NCBI GenBank assembly: GCA_965214095.1
Contig: OZ243938.1
Location: 3,648,001-3,712,000 of the forward strand
Length of the DNA stretch: 64,000 nucleotides
From: Candidatus Poribacteria bacterium
GTDB taxonomy: Bacteria; Poribacteria; WGA-4E; WGA-3G
Direction: 5' to 3'
The notes under the pieces are model-generated. The model was not told where the DNA came from, ran no database searches, and was given only the letters and a program-made list of their open reading frames with translations. Below, in pieces: positions 50,535 to 61,688 of this stretch; position 1 is the first letter of the stretch, and every line of letters begins with the position of its first letter. Both the position numbers and the translations under genes were made by a program.

Positions 50535-51455
50535 ATGTTTGAAAGACTTGGAATAGTTACCAATATCTGGGCGAAAGAGATGGAAGATGGTGCTCGTTTT
50601 GATGATTTGATGGTGCTGTTCGGAGAAAACGGATTTAGAGAAATGGAGGTACGTGAAGGTGATTATCTGCGTAACTCCGAATTCGGGGTTCTTATTACAG
50701 CACTTGAAGAAGCGATGCTTGTATATTCTGATAACGAGTTTAAATCTATCTGTGATGCAGTGTGGAACGGTCCTACTACTACCACTACTACAGATGGGTT
50801 TAATCTGAATGATACGGAACACGTCAAACTCTTTGAGGAGCTTGTGGATTTTGTTCAGAAAGCATCAGGATTGACACTCAGTTATGCCATGTCGCATCCT
50901 TGGCTTTCAGCACCACATGATATACAAGCAGATAATCAAAAGATAGTCATTGCCAAGAAATTGGCATATCTGTTGTGTCCAGCGCGGGCAAGGTTGCGTC
51001 TTGTTGATTTAGACACTGAAGGTGAGATTGACGAAAATATTGCGATTGATAACCTGAAACGATACAATACATTACTGCCTGAATATCCAACGGTTTTTGC
51101 CGTGGAAAACGCGCGTCAATCAGCAACGTTGACCTTGGAATTGGCTGTTACCGGTAGTGCAAAACTCACTTATGACGAAACAAATACATATCTTGCTGAT
51201 GGAACGACTATCAATTCACCAGAGGAATTCTGGAGAGAAGTGGAAATGGACGACCTAACATCAGTGCATTTCAAACAGAAAACTGAGGTAGGTGTTTTAT
51301 CAGAAGTAGGGGATGGATTCGTAGATTTTAAGGCTATTGCACATCATTTGCAATCTGGGAACTATACTGGTGATCTGTTGCTTGAAAATGCACCCACTAC
51401 ACAATCGTTGACCGATGCATTAAATAGTCGGGAGTATCTACTTGAATGCCTGTAA
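50535..51455 (+). CDS. Xylose-isomerase/AP-endonuclease-2-like TIM-barrel protein
   Basis: FAVEN, LTYD, SVHFKQ, GDGFVDF and LLLE metal-binding pattern. Confidence 0.65.
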   Translation: MFERLGIVTNIWAKEMEDGARFDDLMVLFGENGFREMEVREGDYLRNSEFGVLITALEEAMLVYSDNEFKSICDAVWNGPTTTTTTDGFNLNDTEHVKLFEELVDFVQKASGLTLSYAMSHPWLSAPHDIQADNQKIVIAKKLAYLLCPARARLRLVDLDTEGEIDENIAIDNLKRYNTLLPEYPTVFAVENARQSATLTLELAVTGSAKLTYDETNTYLADGTTINSPEEFWREVEMDDLTSVHFKQKTEVGVLSEVGDGFVDFKAIAHHLQSGNYTGDLLLENAPTTQSLTDALNSREYLLECL

Positions 51456-51514
51456 AGCTATTTCATTTAATTTAGAGTTGCATTTTCTCAGCAACTTCTG
51501 ATATAATGACAAAT

Positions 51515-51584
51515 GACATATCAAAATGATAGAAGATACATCAAAATGATAGAAGATACATCAAAATGATAGAAGACATATCAA
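51515..51584. repeat. 20-bp tandem repeat (~3.5 copies) in a probable 5' UTR
   Basis: tcaaaatgatagaaga(t/c)a(c/t)a x3 between tataat (~51502) and the aaggag RBS. Confidence 0.85.
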
Positions 51585-51597
51585 TAAGGAGTTTAGA

Positions 51598-52371
51598 ATG
51601 AAATCAAGAATTTTATTAGGTGCTTTAATTCTACTATTTATAGGAATAATGACACTGCCAGCGCAATCCCTAGATATTGAAAATGGGCTTGTTGCCTATT
51701 GGGCATTCAATGAAAGTGCTGGTGACACCGCAAGCGACTCAACAGGAAACGGACATGACGGAACATTGATGGGAGACCCTCAATGGACAGAGGATGGCAA
51801 GTACGGCGGTGCCATTGAATTCGATCAGGCTGGCGATGAAGTGAACATTCCTTTTCATAAGGACCTCAATCAAGAAGCCTTTACCATCTGTGCTTGGGCA
51901 AATGTTGAACCGGGGAGTGCTAATCATCGTGCAGTGATTTCCTCTCGTCATGAACCCCCTACGAGTGGGTATATCATTTACGCATTACCCGCAAATACAT
52001 GGCAGTTTTGGACTGGTAATGGAGATCCAACATGGGTTACCATTCAGGGTCCAGCGGTGAATCTTGGTGATTGGGATCATGTTGCTGGTGTCTATGCCGA
52101 TGGCAAACAGATGTTTTATGTCAACGGAGAACTTGCAGGTGAAGTGGACTCTAATCCGAACTTTAATGCAGAACAAGAGTTCCTCATTGGTGCAGGTGCG
52201 AATGAACGTGCAGCCCATGAATATCTCTTCAAGGGAATAATTGATGAAGTGCGGTTATATAATCGTGTGCTTGATGAAGATGAAATCGCTGCAGTGATGG
52301 ATAGTGAGTCATTGGCAGTTGAAGCATCTGGTAAGATTGCTGTCACTTGGGGACAATTGAAAACAAAGTGA
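51598..52371 (+). CDS. Secreted LamG-like jellyroll protein with C-terminal WGxLK motif
   Basis: Signal peptide; GLVAYWAFNE, WDHVAGVY, FKGIIDEVRLYNR; ends VEASGKIAVTWGQLKTK. Confidence 0.9.
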   Translation: MKSRILLGALILLFIGIMTLPAQSLDIENGLVAYWAFNESAGDTASDSTGNGHDGTLMGDPQWTEDGKYGGAIEFDQAGDEVNIPFHKDLNQEAFTICAWANVEPGSANHRAVISSRHEPPTSGYIIYALPANTWQFWTGNGDPTWVTIQGPAVNLGDWDHVAGVYADGKQMFYVNGELAGEVDSNPNFNAEQEFLIGAGANERAAHEYLFKGIIDEVRLYNRVLDEDEIAAVMDSESLAVEASGKIAVTWGQLKTK

Positions 52372-52415
52372 TTATGCTATAGTTCAGAACAATATAGAAT
52401 TGTTCAGTTTATATC

Positions 52416-52454
52416 TGCCTACGGTGAGAGAATATCTTTCATCGTAGGCATTTT
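52416..52454 (+). terminator. Probable intrinsic terminator hairpin between convergent genes
   Basis: tgcctacggtgagaga-ata-tctttcatcgtaggca followed by tttt. Confidence 0.6.
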
Positions 52455-52561
52455 ACTTGCATACAATTGTAGCGCAAACTGCCAGTTTGCGTACACTACT
52501 GCACAAACTGGCAGTTTGTGCTACGGCACAGTCTAGTGTTCTGTCTACCTTTAAGAAAATC

Positions 52562-55500
52562 CTATGTGAGTAATGGTCTTAGCCAACGTTGTGCGGTGTC
52601 AATGTCCATGCCAGTACGTTCGGCATAGTTTTCGACTTGGTCATCTCCGATTCTTGCAATACTGAAATATTTAGAATCGGGATGAGAAAAATACCATCCG
52701 CTAACAGATGCTGCTGGAAACATCGCGAGACTTTCAGTCAAAGAAATCCCAGTATTTTTTGTGACTTCCATTATATCAAACAATACTCGTTTTGGGTTAT
52801 GGTCAGGACAGGCGGGATATCCGGGAGCGGGTCGTATACCTTGATACTTTTCTGCTATCAACGCATTGTTGTCTAACTGCTCATCGGAAGCATACCCCCA
52901 TAGCGATGTTCTGACGTGTTGATGCATACATTCCGCAAACGCCTCTGCTAACCTGTCCGCCAATGCTTTTGTCATAATGCTGTTATAATCATCGTGTTGT
53001 TTTTCAAACTCAGCACAGAGTTCAGGGACACCGATACCTGTAGTTACGGCAAATGCACCGATATAATCGGGAATGGATGTTTCCTTTGGTGCGATAAAGT
53101 CACTAAGGCTCAAGTTTGGTCGTGTAAATGGTTGTTCTGTTTGCTGACGTAGATGGTGTATTGTTGCAATCGTCTCTGTTCTATCTTCGTCTGCATATAT
53201 CTCCGTATCATCACCTACACTATTTGCTGGAAAGATTCCGACCACAGTCTTTGCGCACAACCTGTTCTGTTCAACGATTTTGTGTAGGAGTTTTTTGCCA
53301 TCTTCAAAAAGTTCTCTTGCTTTCGATCCTATCTTTGGATTATCAAATATATTTGGGTATTTGCCTGTCATTTCCCATGTGATAAAGAAAGGTGTCCAGT
53401 CAATATAGTCAACAAGTTCATCTAATGGGTAATCGTCAAGAACCTTTATACCTATCATATTTGGTTCGGGTGGCAGATAGTTATTCCAGTCAAGTGCCAA
53501 CTTACGTTTTTGTGCAATACTAAAGGGTAATAATTTCGTTTTCTGTCGACTTTTTGCCCGGTTTTTACGAATGCTATCATATTCTTCGCGGGTCTGATCA
53601 ACAAAGTTTTTATGGTTTTCAGTGTTCAAAAGGTTGCTAACAACGCCGACACTCCGTGAAGCATCTTTGACGTGAATGGTTGGACCTTCATAAGCAGGTT
53701 CAATCTGAATAGCGGTATGCACCTTTGATGTCGTTGCGCCCCCTATGAGAAGCGGGATGCGGAGACCTTTTCGTTCCATTTCCTGTGCGACATGCACCAT
53801 TTCGTCTAATGAAGGTGTGATAAGTCCGCTCAATCCGATAATATCAGCATTTTCTTTACGTGCCGTATCTAAAATGTCTTCCGCAGATACCATTACACCT
53901 AAGTCTATGACATCATAATTGTTGCAACCGAGTACGACACCAACGATATTTTTACCTATGTCATGCACATCACCTTTAACAGTTGCCATGACGATCTTTC
54001 CTCTGGATTTGATTTCTCCATCTTCCTGTTCTCTTTCAATATATGGGATGAGATGTGCGACAGCCTTCTTCATAACCTGTGCACTTTTGATGACTTGTGG
54101 TAGGAACATCTTGCCATCACCAAAGAGTTCACCGACACGATCCATTCCATCCATCAATGGACCTTCAATGACATGTATTGGACGATCAAAATTGAGTCGT
54201 GCTTCTTCGGTATCTGCTTCAATGTGTTCAATGATGCCTTCAACAAGTGCATGACTGATACGTTGTTCAACAGGTAATTTTCGCCATTCTTTGTTGACGC
54301 GCGTTCTCTTACTTTTGCCTTTATGTGATTTTGCGAGTTCAAGCAGACGGTCGGTTGCATCTTCTCGCCGATTGAAAAGCACATCCTCAACTACCTCTAA
54401 TAGTTGCTTCGGCAGATCATCATAAACAGCGAGTTGTCCAGCATTGACAATACCCATGTCTAAACCTGCTTTGATAGCATGGTATAGAAAAGCTGCATGC
54501 ATCGCTTCCCGCACGGTATCATTTCCGCGGAATGCGAATGATATGTTGCTAACGCCACCGCTTACCATGGCATACTTACAAGTCTTTTTGATTTCTTTAC
54601 AAGCTTCAATAAATGCAACTGCGAATTCGTTGTGCTCAGGAATGCCCGTTCCGACTGTTAAGATATTTGGATCAAAAATAATATCTTCTGGTGGAAATCT
54701 GACTTCTTTAGTCAATAGATTATAAGCTCTTGTGCAAATTTCAATTTTTCGTTCAAACGTATCTGCTTGTCCTTGTTCATCAAAAGCCATCACAATGGCA
54801 GCTGCCCCGTATTTCCTGATGAGTCGTGCCTTCTCTAAGAAATCGGTTTCACCCTCTTTTAGGTAGATTGAGTTGACAACTCCTTTGCCTTGAACGCATT
54901 GTAGACCTGCCTCAATGACTTCCCATTTGCTGGAATCTATCATGATCGGCACACGACTGATATCTGGTTCAGCAGCGATTAGATTTAAGAATTTTACCAT
55001 TGCATTTTTAGAATCTAACAGCCCTTCATCCATATTGATGTCAATGATTTGTGCGCCGTTTTCTACCTGATCGCGTGCCACTTCTAATGCAGTTTCATAG
55101 TCTTCATTCTTGATAAGGGTTGCGAACCGTCTTGAACCAGAGATATTTGTGCGTTCACCTACATTTACGAAGAGAGATTCTGATGTGATGTTGAATGCTT
55201 CTAAACCGCTCAATCTGCATGCGCGTTTTTGGGGTTTTGGTTGACGAGGAGGGTACTCTGCAGCAGCTTTGACAACGGCTTCAATGTGCTCCGGCTGGCT
55301 GCCACAGCAACCCCCAACGATATTGACAAAACCGTTCTTCGCAAAGTCATGTATCCAATTCCCCATTTCTTGAGGTGTCTGTGTGTAATGTCCGAGTTCG
55401 TTTGGAAGTCCGGCATTGGGATAACAGACGATAGGAATGTCAGCAAGTTTTGACATTTCAGCTAAGAAGGGACGTATCTGTTCGGAACCGAAACCGCAGT

Positions 55501-56236
55501 TTAGCCCCGCCGCAAGTAGGTTTACATGTCTGATGGAGTTCCAAAATGCTTCAACAGTTTGCCCCGATAAGTTACGTCCGCCACCGCCACTTCTGTCTGA
55601 AGATACGATAATCGGTATGTTGATTTCTCGCTGTTCAAAAAGTGTTTGAATAGCAAAGAGAGCCGCTTTGCAATTGAGCGTATCCATCACGGTTTCAACG
55701 AGGAGGATATCCACGCCACCGTCAATTAGTCCTTCTACTTGTGTTGTATAGGAATCCACGAGTTCTGAAAATGTAATGTTTCTATATCCTGGGTCATTGA
55801 CATCCGGTGAGATGGAGCAGCTGCGGTTTGTTGGTCCAATACTACCAGCAACGAAGCGCGGTTTATCGTGTGTGGTGTATTTATCAGCGACTTCCCGTGC
55901 AATTTGTGCTGCCGCGTAGTTGATTTGATATGCTTGGTCTTGGAGTTGGTAGTCTGCCATAGAAACGGATGTGCTGGTGAAGGTATTCGTTTCTATGATG
56001 TCTGACCCTGCTTGACAGTAATTTGAATGAATTTCTCGTATAATCTGGGGTTGTGTGATAGATAGTAGGTCGTTATAGCCTTTGAGTTCATGGGGATGGT
56101 CGGCAAATTGTGTTCCGCGGAAATCCTCTTCTGTGAGTCTATAGGTTTGTATAAGAGAACCCATCGCACCATCAAGGACTAATATACGTTCATTTAGTGT
56201 TTTTTTTAGGTGTTGTGTCCGTTCAGTATCTATCAT
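52562..56236 (-). CDS. metH: Cobalamin-dependent methionine synthase
   Basis: [26 protein letters not shown] and [12 protein letters not shown] motifs; start re-placed to ATG 56236. Confidence 0.98.
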   Translation of the reverse strand: MIDTERTQHLKKTLNERILVLDGAMGSLIQTYRLTEEDFRGTQFADHPHELKGYNDLLSITQPQIIREIHSNYCQAGSDIIETNTFTSTSVSMADYQLQDQAYQINYAAAQIAREVADKYTTHDKPRFVAGSIGPTNRSCSISPDVNDPGYRNITFSELVDSYTTQVEGLIDGGVDILLVETVMDTLNCKAALFAIQTLFEQREINIPIIVSSDRSGGGGRNLSGQTVEAFWNSIRHVNLLAAGLNCGFGSEQIRPFLAEMSKLADIPIVCYPNAGLPNELGHYTQTPQEMGNWIHDFAKNGFVNIVGGCCGSQPEHIEAVVKAAAEYPPRQPKPQKRACRLSGLEAFNITSESLFVNVGERTNISGSRRFATLIKNEDYETALEVARDQVENGAQIIDINMDEGLLDSKNAMVKFLNLIAAEPDISRVPIMIDSSKWEVIEAGLQCVQGKGVVNSIYLKEGETDFLEKARLIRKYGAAAIVMAFDEQGQADTFERKIEICTRAYNLLTKEVRFPPEDIIFDPNILTVGTGIPEHNEFAVAFIEACKEIKKTCKYAMVSGGVSNISFAFRGNDTVREAMHAAFLYHAIKAGLDMGIVNAGQLAVYDDLPKQLLEVVEDVLFNRREDATDRLLELAKSHKGKSKRTRVNKEWRKLPVEQRISHALVEGIIEHIEADTEEARLNFDRPIHVIEGPLMDGMDRVGELFGDGKMFLPQVIKSAQVMKKAVAHLIPYIEREQEDGEIKSRGKIVMATVKGDVHDIGKNIVGVVLGCNNYDVIDLGVMVSAEDILDTARKENADIIGLSGLITPSLDEMVHVAQEMERKGLRIPLLIGGATTSKVHTAIQIEPAYEGPTIHVKDASRSVGVVSNLLNTENHKNFVDQTREEYDSIRKNRAKSRQKTKLLPFSIAQKRKLALDWNNYLPPEPNMIGIKVLDDYPLDELVDYIDWTPFFITWEMTGKYPNIFDNPKIGSKARELFEDGKKLLHKIVEQNRLCAKTVVGIFPANSVGDDTEIYADEDRTETIATIHHLRQQTEQPFTRPNLSLSDFIAPKETSIPDYIGAFAVTTGIGVPELCAEFEKQHDDYNSIMTKALADRLAEAFAECMHQHVRTSLWGYASDEQLDNNALIAEKYQGIRPAPGYPACPDHNPKRVLFDIMEVTKNTGISLTESLAMFPAASVSGWYFSHPDSKYFSIARIGDDQVENYAERTGMDIDTAQRWLRPLLT

Positions 56237-56356
56237 GTTTTCCCCAATTTTGTTGGTAATTTGCTTCAATATTATACTACGTGATTGCCGATATGTCCAT
56301 TGCATTTGCGTGTAATCAGAGGTGTTTTAATTTTGCTATGGGTTTGTATTCCTATT

Positions 56357-56846
56357 TGTCTGAACCAGGATTTTCAGGATTAGTAGATTTTCAAGATAAG
56401 ACTTCTCATCTAATACCATTTCTCATAAAGAATAGTTCATTATGAGATTGTGAATTCAGCGGAATATTGTCTGGACCAAGATTTTCAGGATTATGCGTCT
56501 GACGTTTCAAAGTGCCGTTGGTGGGATAGGCTGAAACTTGATGTTGGCAAGAATGGGACAATCGGGGTTAGAGACCCTACCTAAAGATTAGTGTAGACAG
56601 AACACTACGGTAGGTTCGGTTTCCTAACCGAACCGGCTTTGTGCCAAATACCTTCATAGAGGTTCTCGCACAGGTTCCGTGCGGTTAGGAAACCGCACCT
56701 ACCGGCCTGGGGAAAACGCCTAATTTACACTAAATTGACACCTATGGTTCGGTTTCCTAACCGAACTGGTGTTTGTTCAGTGTTATAGATGCGGTTAGGA
56801 AACCGCATCTACCGTGGAGTGTGCCCGTATTTTTACATTTCACTAC
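56357..56846. repeat. REP/MITE cluster upstream of metH
   Basis: Two TCTGAACCAGGAT-type halves, four main-family REPs, a solo IS-type end ctaaattgacacctatg and a T3 right end. Confidence 0.7.
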
Positions 56847-56872
56847 AATGTTAGACGATCAATTGAATGGTA

Positions 56873-57499
56873 TTAGTTTTTGTCGTTACCTAACCGAACA
56901 CCAAGTCCTATGACAGCTGAATATCCATTGTGATGCGTATTATCATACATCGCACGGTGGTACTGCAGTCCGAAACGCAGGTAATAATCGTCTTCAATAC
57001 GCCATTGGTAGCCACCACCTAATCCGATCCGTTGCCTGGAATCATCGTAGTTCTCAGTACCAAAACTATTTTGCCATGACATCCTCGCAAATAAGTAAGG
57101 CGTAGACACCGTATGACTTAAAGGAAAGTATGTCAGTTGACACCCTAAATTTATTTCATTTTGACTCCTGTTGTTTCTATCACCAAGAAATGTGTAGTTG
57201 TTTGTCACCCGTCTAAAATTGATTTCCGGACTAACAGCAAAATACTTATGTGGGAAAAACGAAATGTAGACTGATGCTGGGATACCGCCTACTGCTCCTG
57301 ATGGTGCTTGTAAAAACGTTGCTCTGGAATCTGAGTCTCGGTCAGGAGGTGTGATGTAGGATGATCCCATTTGTGTGCCGATCTCATATTCGAGTGCCAT
57401 AGCAGATGGGACACAGAGAACAGATAGGACAACTAATGTCATAACAATAATAGTGAGTGTTGATGTGTGTTTTTCTTGATATGTTGCTTGTGTGTACAT
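56873..57499 (-). CDS. Outer-membrane beta-barrel protein (OmpA-like 8-strand type)
   Basis: Signal peptide; alternating beta patterns (TPYLFAR, IGLGGGYQWR, YSAVIGLGVRL). Confidence 0.65.
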   Translation of the reverse strand: MYTQATYQEKHTSTLTIIVMTLVVLSVLCVPSAMALEYEIGTQMGSSYITPPDRDSDSRATFLQAPSGAVGGIPASVYISFFPHKYFAVSPEINFRRVTNNYTFLGDRNNRSQNEINLGCQLTYFPLSHTVSTPYLFARMSWQNSFGTENYDDSRQRIGLGGGYQWRIEDDYYLRFGLQYHRAMYDNTHHNGYSAVIGLGVRLGNDKN

Positions 57500-57768
57500 A
57501 AGGCTCCTTATTTTAATGGATTGTAGTGAATTATCTGAGATTCTGTCAATGTTTGTTTGGGTCTCGCTATACTGATATATTATGTGAAACGGATTACCTA
57601 CAAGGTAGGTTTACGATGCAGAAGAATTGTCTGAATTTGCTGTCAGATGATACATGAAAATTACTACACTCATAGTTCTGGTTAGGAAACCGCACCTACC
57701 GTGGATAGAAAGTGTAGATATAATTTAATACTTCACCAATATTTTAGAAATGGTATAATACTGATTAT

Positions 57769-58209
57769 ATGACTGAAGGGAATTGTGAGGAAGTGATGTC
57801 TCTATATGCACATAGATACGCCATTCATTTTGATATATCACCCCAAATTACTTATCTGAATCATGAATTACCTATAATAATTGCGGATCTATTACCGCTA
57901 TTTCAAGGTTTTCCTGAAGATGTGTGGATATCACAACAATCAGTTGACGAAGGACTTGATTTTTGTAGAGTTCTCTTTTGGGTTTTTTCGGACTCCTCTG
58001 ATGCCATAAAATCCTTCAGTATCTGGTTTCAGGCACTATTTCGTGATGCCAAAATGGCATCAACATTGGAACGTATCGTAGTATGTTCCATAGATGATGG
58101 TGATGAGTTAGAGGTTGAACTTACAGATTGGACACGTGTTCATGCTTTGCCTAAGGATGTTCAGAATGCGGTGCAGACAGAATTGGATAAAAAATCCATT
58201 GACAGGTAA
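57769..58209 (+). CDS. Hypothetical protein
   Basis: 146-aa ORF downstream of a tggtataat -10-like box; true start may be the ATG at ~57796. Confidence 0.55.
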   Translation: MTEGNCEEVMSLYAHRYAIHFDISPQITYLNHELPIIIADLLPLFQGFPEDVWISQQSVDEGLDFCRVLFWVFSDSSDAIKSFSIWFQALFRDAKMASTLERIVVCSIDDGDELEVELTDWTRVHALPKDVQNAVQTELDKKSIDR

Positions 58210-58279
58210 TATGTGTTATGGTAAACTTTAAGGTGCATATAGTGAATCCACGTTGTCTGCAGAAATCGGGAGATACCTA

Positions 58280-58996
58280 ATGAAAAGAAAATACTGCATT
58301 TTAATTGTAATATTTCTATGTATTGTCAACATTGGATATACCTATACGGTTGATGAGGTCTTCAAGAATTTCAGAACGGTGTATGAAAAGTGCCAGAACT
58401 TTAGTGCGGAATTTGAGGAGACAGCATTATATAAAACAAGAAAAAGTGTGAGTTTCGGCAGATTTACCTTTGGCATTCCCAACCTTTTACACATGGAATA
58501 TGTCTCGCCAAAAGACCCTGATAAAATAGTCAAGACAGTTGTCTTAGATGGCAAATATGTATGGTCTTATGTCCCACTTCTCAATGAAGTTAACAAACAG
58601 AAAATCCAAAACCCAGATAAGCGAGAGATACTACCTGGCACGGGTGCTTCACTTGAAGATCTATCAACAAACTGGAACATGAAGTTAGTGCCTGATGAAG
58701 CTGCAAAAGCAAAAGGTGTTCATTTGTTGCAGTTAACTCCAAAACCGGAACTATTAAATAGAAGACAAAATAAACCACAAGGTAGTGCAGATGTAAAAAA
58801 GCAGCTTGAGATCTGGGTTAAAGAGGGAGACTGGTTTCCAGTACAATTTGGATATGTGACACTGTTTGAAGATGGGACTCGTCGCAGCGTAATAATATCC
58901 TTGTCAAATATTCAAAGAGATCAGAAATTACCGTCGACTCAATTTAAGTTTGTTGTTCCTAAAGATGCCGAGGTAATTGATCTTTCATCAGATTAG
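58280..58996 (+). CDS. lolA: Outer-membrane lipoprotein carrier LolA-family protein
   Basis: FSAEFEE, DGKYVWSYVP.LNEV and FKFVVPKDAEVID motifs; signal peptide from ATG 58280. Confidence 0.78.
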   Translation: MKRKYCILIVIFLCIVNIGYTYTVDEVFKNFRTVYEKCQNFSAEFEETALYKTRKSVSFGRFTFGIPNLLHMEYVSPKDPDKIVKTVVLDGKYVWSYVPLLNEVNKQKIQNPDKREILPGTGASLEDLSTNWNMKLVPDEAAKAKGVHLLQLTPKPELLNRRQNKPQGSADVKKQLEIWVKEGDWFPVQFGYVTLFEDGTRRSVIISLSNIQRDQKLPSTQFKFVVPKDAEVIDLSSD

Positions 58997-59002
58997 AAGT
59001 AT

Positions 59003-59590
59003 ATGAAATTAAATGACTATTTACGTACGGCGAATCTGTTAACATTTGCCCGTTTATTGTTAACTGTCCCTTTCATTCTCTGTTTTCAGGCAAAACTAAT
59101 GGGACTTGCTGCGATATGCTTTAGTGTTGCAGCCATAACAGACCTATTAGATGGAAAAATAGCCCGTAAACAAGGTGTAACGCAGTTTGGTAGTTTTCTG
59201 GATTCGTTTGTAGATAAGATATTGATAGGTGCTGCATTAATTTGCTTATATCTTTTTCAACATGAAGATTTAGAGGATGGTGTGCATCTTTTACCGTTAT
59301 GGATGGTATATGTCATCCTTGGGCGAGAGGTTGTTGTTACGGGATTTAGAATCATATTTGTAGCGAAACATGGTGAGGTGATCTCTGCTAATCGCTGGGG
59401 TAAATATAAGACTACGACGCAGGTTGTCGTAATTCTTATAGGCTTGGTTTTACTCACCTTTTTAAGTGATTCAAATTATGTAGTTCAACGGCACGGACCG
59501 ATTTACTTTTTGATGTATTTACCACTGATATTGACAGTTACGTCAGGATTAGAAATCTTATACGGAAATCTAAAGGCTCTCTCTACTTGA
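59003..59590 (+). CDS. pgsA: CDP-diacylglycerol--glycerol-3-phosphate 3-phosphatidyltransferase
   Basis: ANLLTFAR, TDLLDGKIARK...FGSFLDSFVDK and GKYKTT.Q motifs. Confidence 0.9.
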   Translation: MKLNDYLRTANLLTFARLLLTVPFILCFQAKLMGLAAICFSVAAITDLLDGKIARKQGVTQFGSFLDSFVDKILIGAALICLYLFQHEDLEDGVHLLPLWMVYVILGREVVVTGFRIIFVAKHGEVISANRWGKYKTTTQVVVILIGLVLLTFLSDSNYVVQRHGPIYFLMYLPLILTVTSGLEILYGNLKALST

Positions 59591-59625
59591 CATAAGATGA
59601 TTTTTCACTATAGAGGTGTATTTTT

Positions 59626-60204
59626 ATGAGACCTGGTTCTATAAGGTGTTTTGTTGCTATTGAAATACCTGATAGGATCCAGTCTATTTTATCTGAAGTT
59701 CAATCAGAGTTTCGTCCGAAAATAAGAAATGCATCGTGGACGCGACATGGTAATTTCCATTTGACCTTGAAGTTTCTTGGTGATGTTGAGAAATGTGATA
59801 TTGATAAGGTAAATTCTACGGTAGAAGGAATTGCGGAAAACCGCGAACCTTTTTGTATAGAAATTGGTGGCATAGGGACATTTCCGAATTTGTATCGTCC
59901 ACGAGTGTTGTGGGTGGGGTTGAGGCAAGGTGTTAAAGAAACGACACCCTTAGCGAATACTGTAACCCGTGAACTCATGAAGTTTGGATTTGCAAACGAG
60001 AAACGTTTTCATCCACATTTTACACTTGCGAGAATAAGAAAAAGTGTTAATATGAAGGCTCATACTGAATTTTTCAAGAAATTTGAAACAATTGCGGGGA
60101 CATTGATGAATGTTGAGCACATCACACTTGTCAGAAGTGAGTTGCATCGTAGTGGTGCAGTCTACACCCCGTTACATATCTATCCATTAGGCAGGAGAAA
60201 GTAA
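59626..60204 (+). CDS. thpR: RNA 2',3'-cyclic phosphodiesterase (2H family)
   Basis: RCFVAI, HLTLKFLG and HPHFTLAR motifs. Confidence 0.93.
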   Translation: MRPGSIRCFVAIEIPDRIQSILSEVQSEFRPKIRNASWTRHGNFHLTLKFLGDVEKCDIDKVNSTVEGIAENREPFCIEIGGIGTFPNLYRPRVLWVGLRQGVKETTPLANTVTRELMKFGFANEKRFHPHFTLARIRKSVNMKAHTEFFKKFETIAGTLMNVEHITLVRSELHRSGAVYTPLHIYPLGRRK

Positions 60205-60207
60205 ATA

Positions 60208-61362
60208 ATGGCGAATGACGAGAATAAAAAACCGGAAACCGAATTAAGCGCGGAAGACAAGAAAAAAGCTGAAGCGAAAAAGAAGGCAGTAGATGATGCT
60301 ATATCTCAGGTAGAACGTGCTTACGGTAAGGGTGCTATCATGCGTTTAACAGACGACGAGGTCGTTCCTGTTAGTGCTATCCCTACAGGTGCACTTTCAC
60401 TTGATTTGGCATTAGGTGTTGGTGGTGTTCCGCGAGGAAGAATCATTGAAATCTTTGGTCATGAAGGCACTGGTAAAACCACATTGGCACTCCATATTGT
60501 TGCCGAAGCACAGAAGATGGGTGGCATTGCAGCATTTATTGATGTTGAACATGCGTTGGATACGACTTATGCCCGGAATATTGGTGTGAATTTGGAGAAC
60601 GTTTTGATTTCACAACCGGATTCTGGTGAACAAGCATTGGAAATTGTGGAAACCCTTATCCGTAGTGGTGCCATTGATGTTGTGGTTGTGGATTCAGTTG
60701 CAGCGTTGACCCCTCAAGCAGAAGTTGAGGGTGAGATGGGTGATGCGCATGTGGGTCTACTCCCGCGTTTGATGTCAAAAGCATTAAGAAAACTGTCGGG
60801 TGTGACGAACAAATCACAGACCTGTGTAATATTTACAAACCAAATTCGTCAAAAGATCGGTATAATGTTTGGCAACCCTGATACGACCCCTGGTGGACTT
60901 GCCCTGAAGTTTCATGCGTCAATTAGACTGGAAATTCGACGATCTACACAGATCAAAGAAGGGACAGAGGTGCTTGGAAATCGAGTGCTTATTAAGGTAG
61001 TAAAAAATAAGGTTGCACCGCCATTTAGAGAAGCGGAGTTTGATGTCACTTTTGGTAAGGGTATCTCGAAAGAGGGGACACTCTTAGACATTGCTGTTGA
61101 TGTCGGTTTCATAGAAAAACGGGGTTCTTGGTTCTCCTACAACAGTGAACGGATCGGTCAAGGTAGGAATAATGTAAAAGCTTATTTAGAACAGAATCCT
61201 GAAGTTGCTGCAGAACTGGATAGAAAAATCCGTGAGAATATTGGTGCTATTACCCCATCTGGTGCCGGAGAAATTCCGGGTGCAGATGTTGTAGGAGTTG
61301 ATACCGATGTTGAAGACACCTCAGACGCCTCTGATAGCTATGACGACGATGACGAGAATTAG
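60208..61362 (+). CDS. recA: Recombinase A
   Basis: [31 protein letters not shown] and [11 protein letters not shown] motifs; acidic tail. Confidence 0.99.
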   Translation: MANDENKKPETELSAEDKKKAEAKKKAVDDAISQVERAYGKGAIMRLTDDEVVPVSAIPTGALSLDLALGVGGVPRGRIIEIFGHEGTGKTTLALHIVAEAQKMGGIAAFIDVEHALDTTYARNIGVNLENVLISQPDSGEQALEIVETLIRSGAIDVVVVDSVAALTPQAEVEGEMGDAHVGLLPRLMSKALRKLSGVTNKSQTCVIFTNQIRQKIGIMFGNPDTTPGGLALKFHASIRLEIRRSTQIKEGTEVLGNRVLIKVVKNKVAPPFREAEFDVTFGKGISKEGTLLDIAVDVGFIEKRGSWFSYNSERIGQGRNNVKAYLEQNPEVAAELDRKIRENIGAITPSGAGEIPGADVVGVDTDVEDTSDASDSYDDDDEN

Positions 61363-61688
61363 CATAAGAGTCTGGTAATATCTTTTTATGAACTGAAAGT
61401 TAATCCCAAGACGGTAGGTGCGGTTTCCTAACCGCACCGGAACCTACAAGAATACTGACTGTGAAAGGTTTTAGCACAAATTCGGTGCGGTTAGGAAACC
61501 GCACCTACCGTCTTGAAACATTTAGCGTATGTGAAAAAAACACAAGAAAAGCTGAAAACTAAATAACCCTGGGGTATTGCGTTTTTACTTGATGTATATA
61601 ATTCAACATGCTATACTTTTATGCACTCAGGGTTAGTATAGCAAAACTGACCAATATTCTATGATACTATCAATCTTTTCAATAGAAT

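Noticed and set aside
56237-56872. SAM or cobalamin riboswitch upstream of metH
   Set aside because: No recognisable S-box or B12-box consensus by eye; the region is dominated by repeats. An Rfam scan would be decisive.
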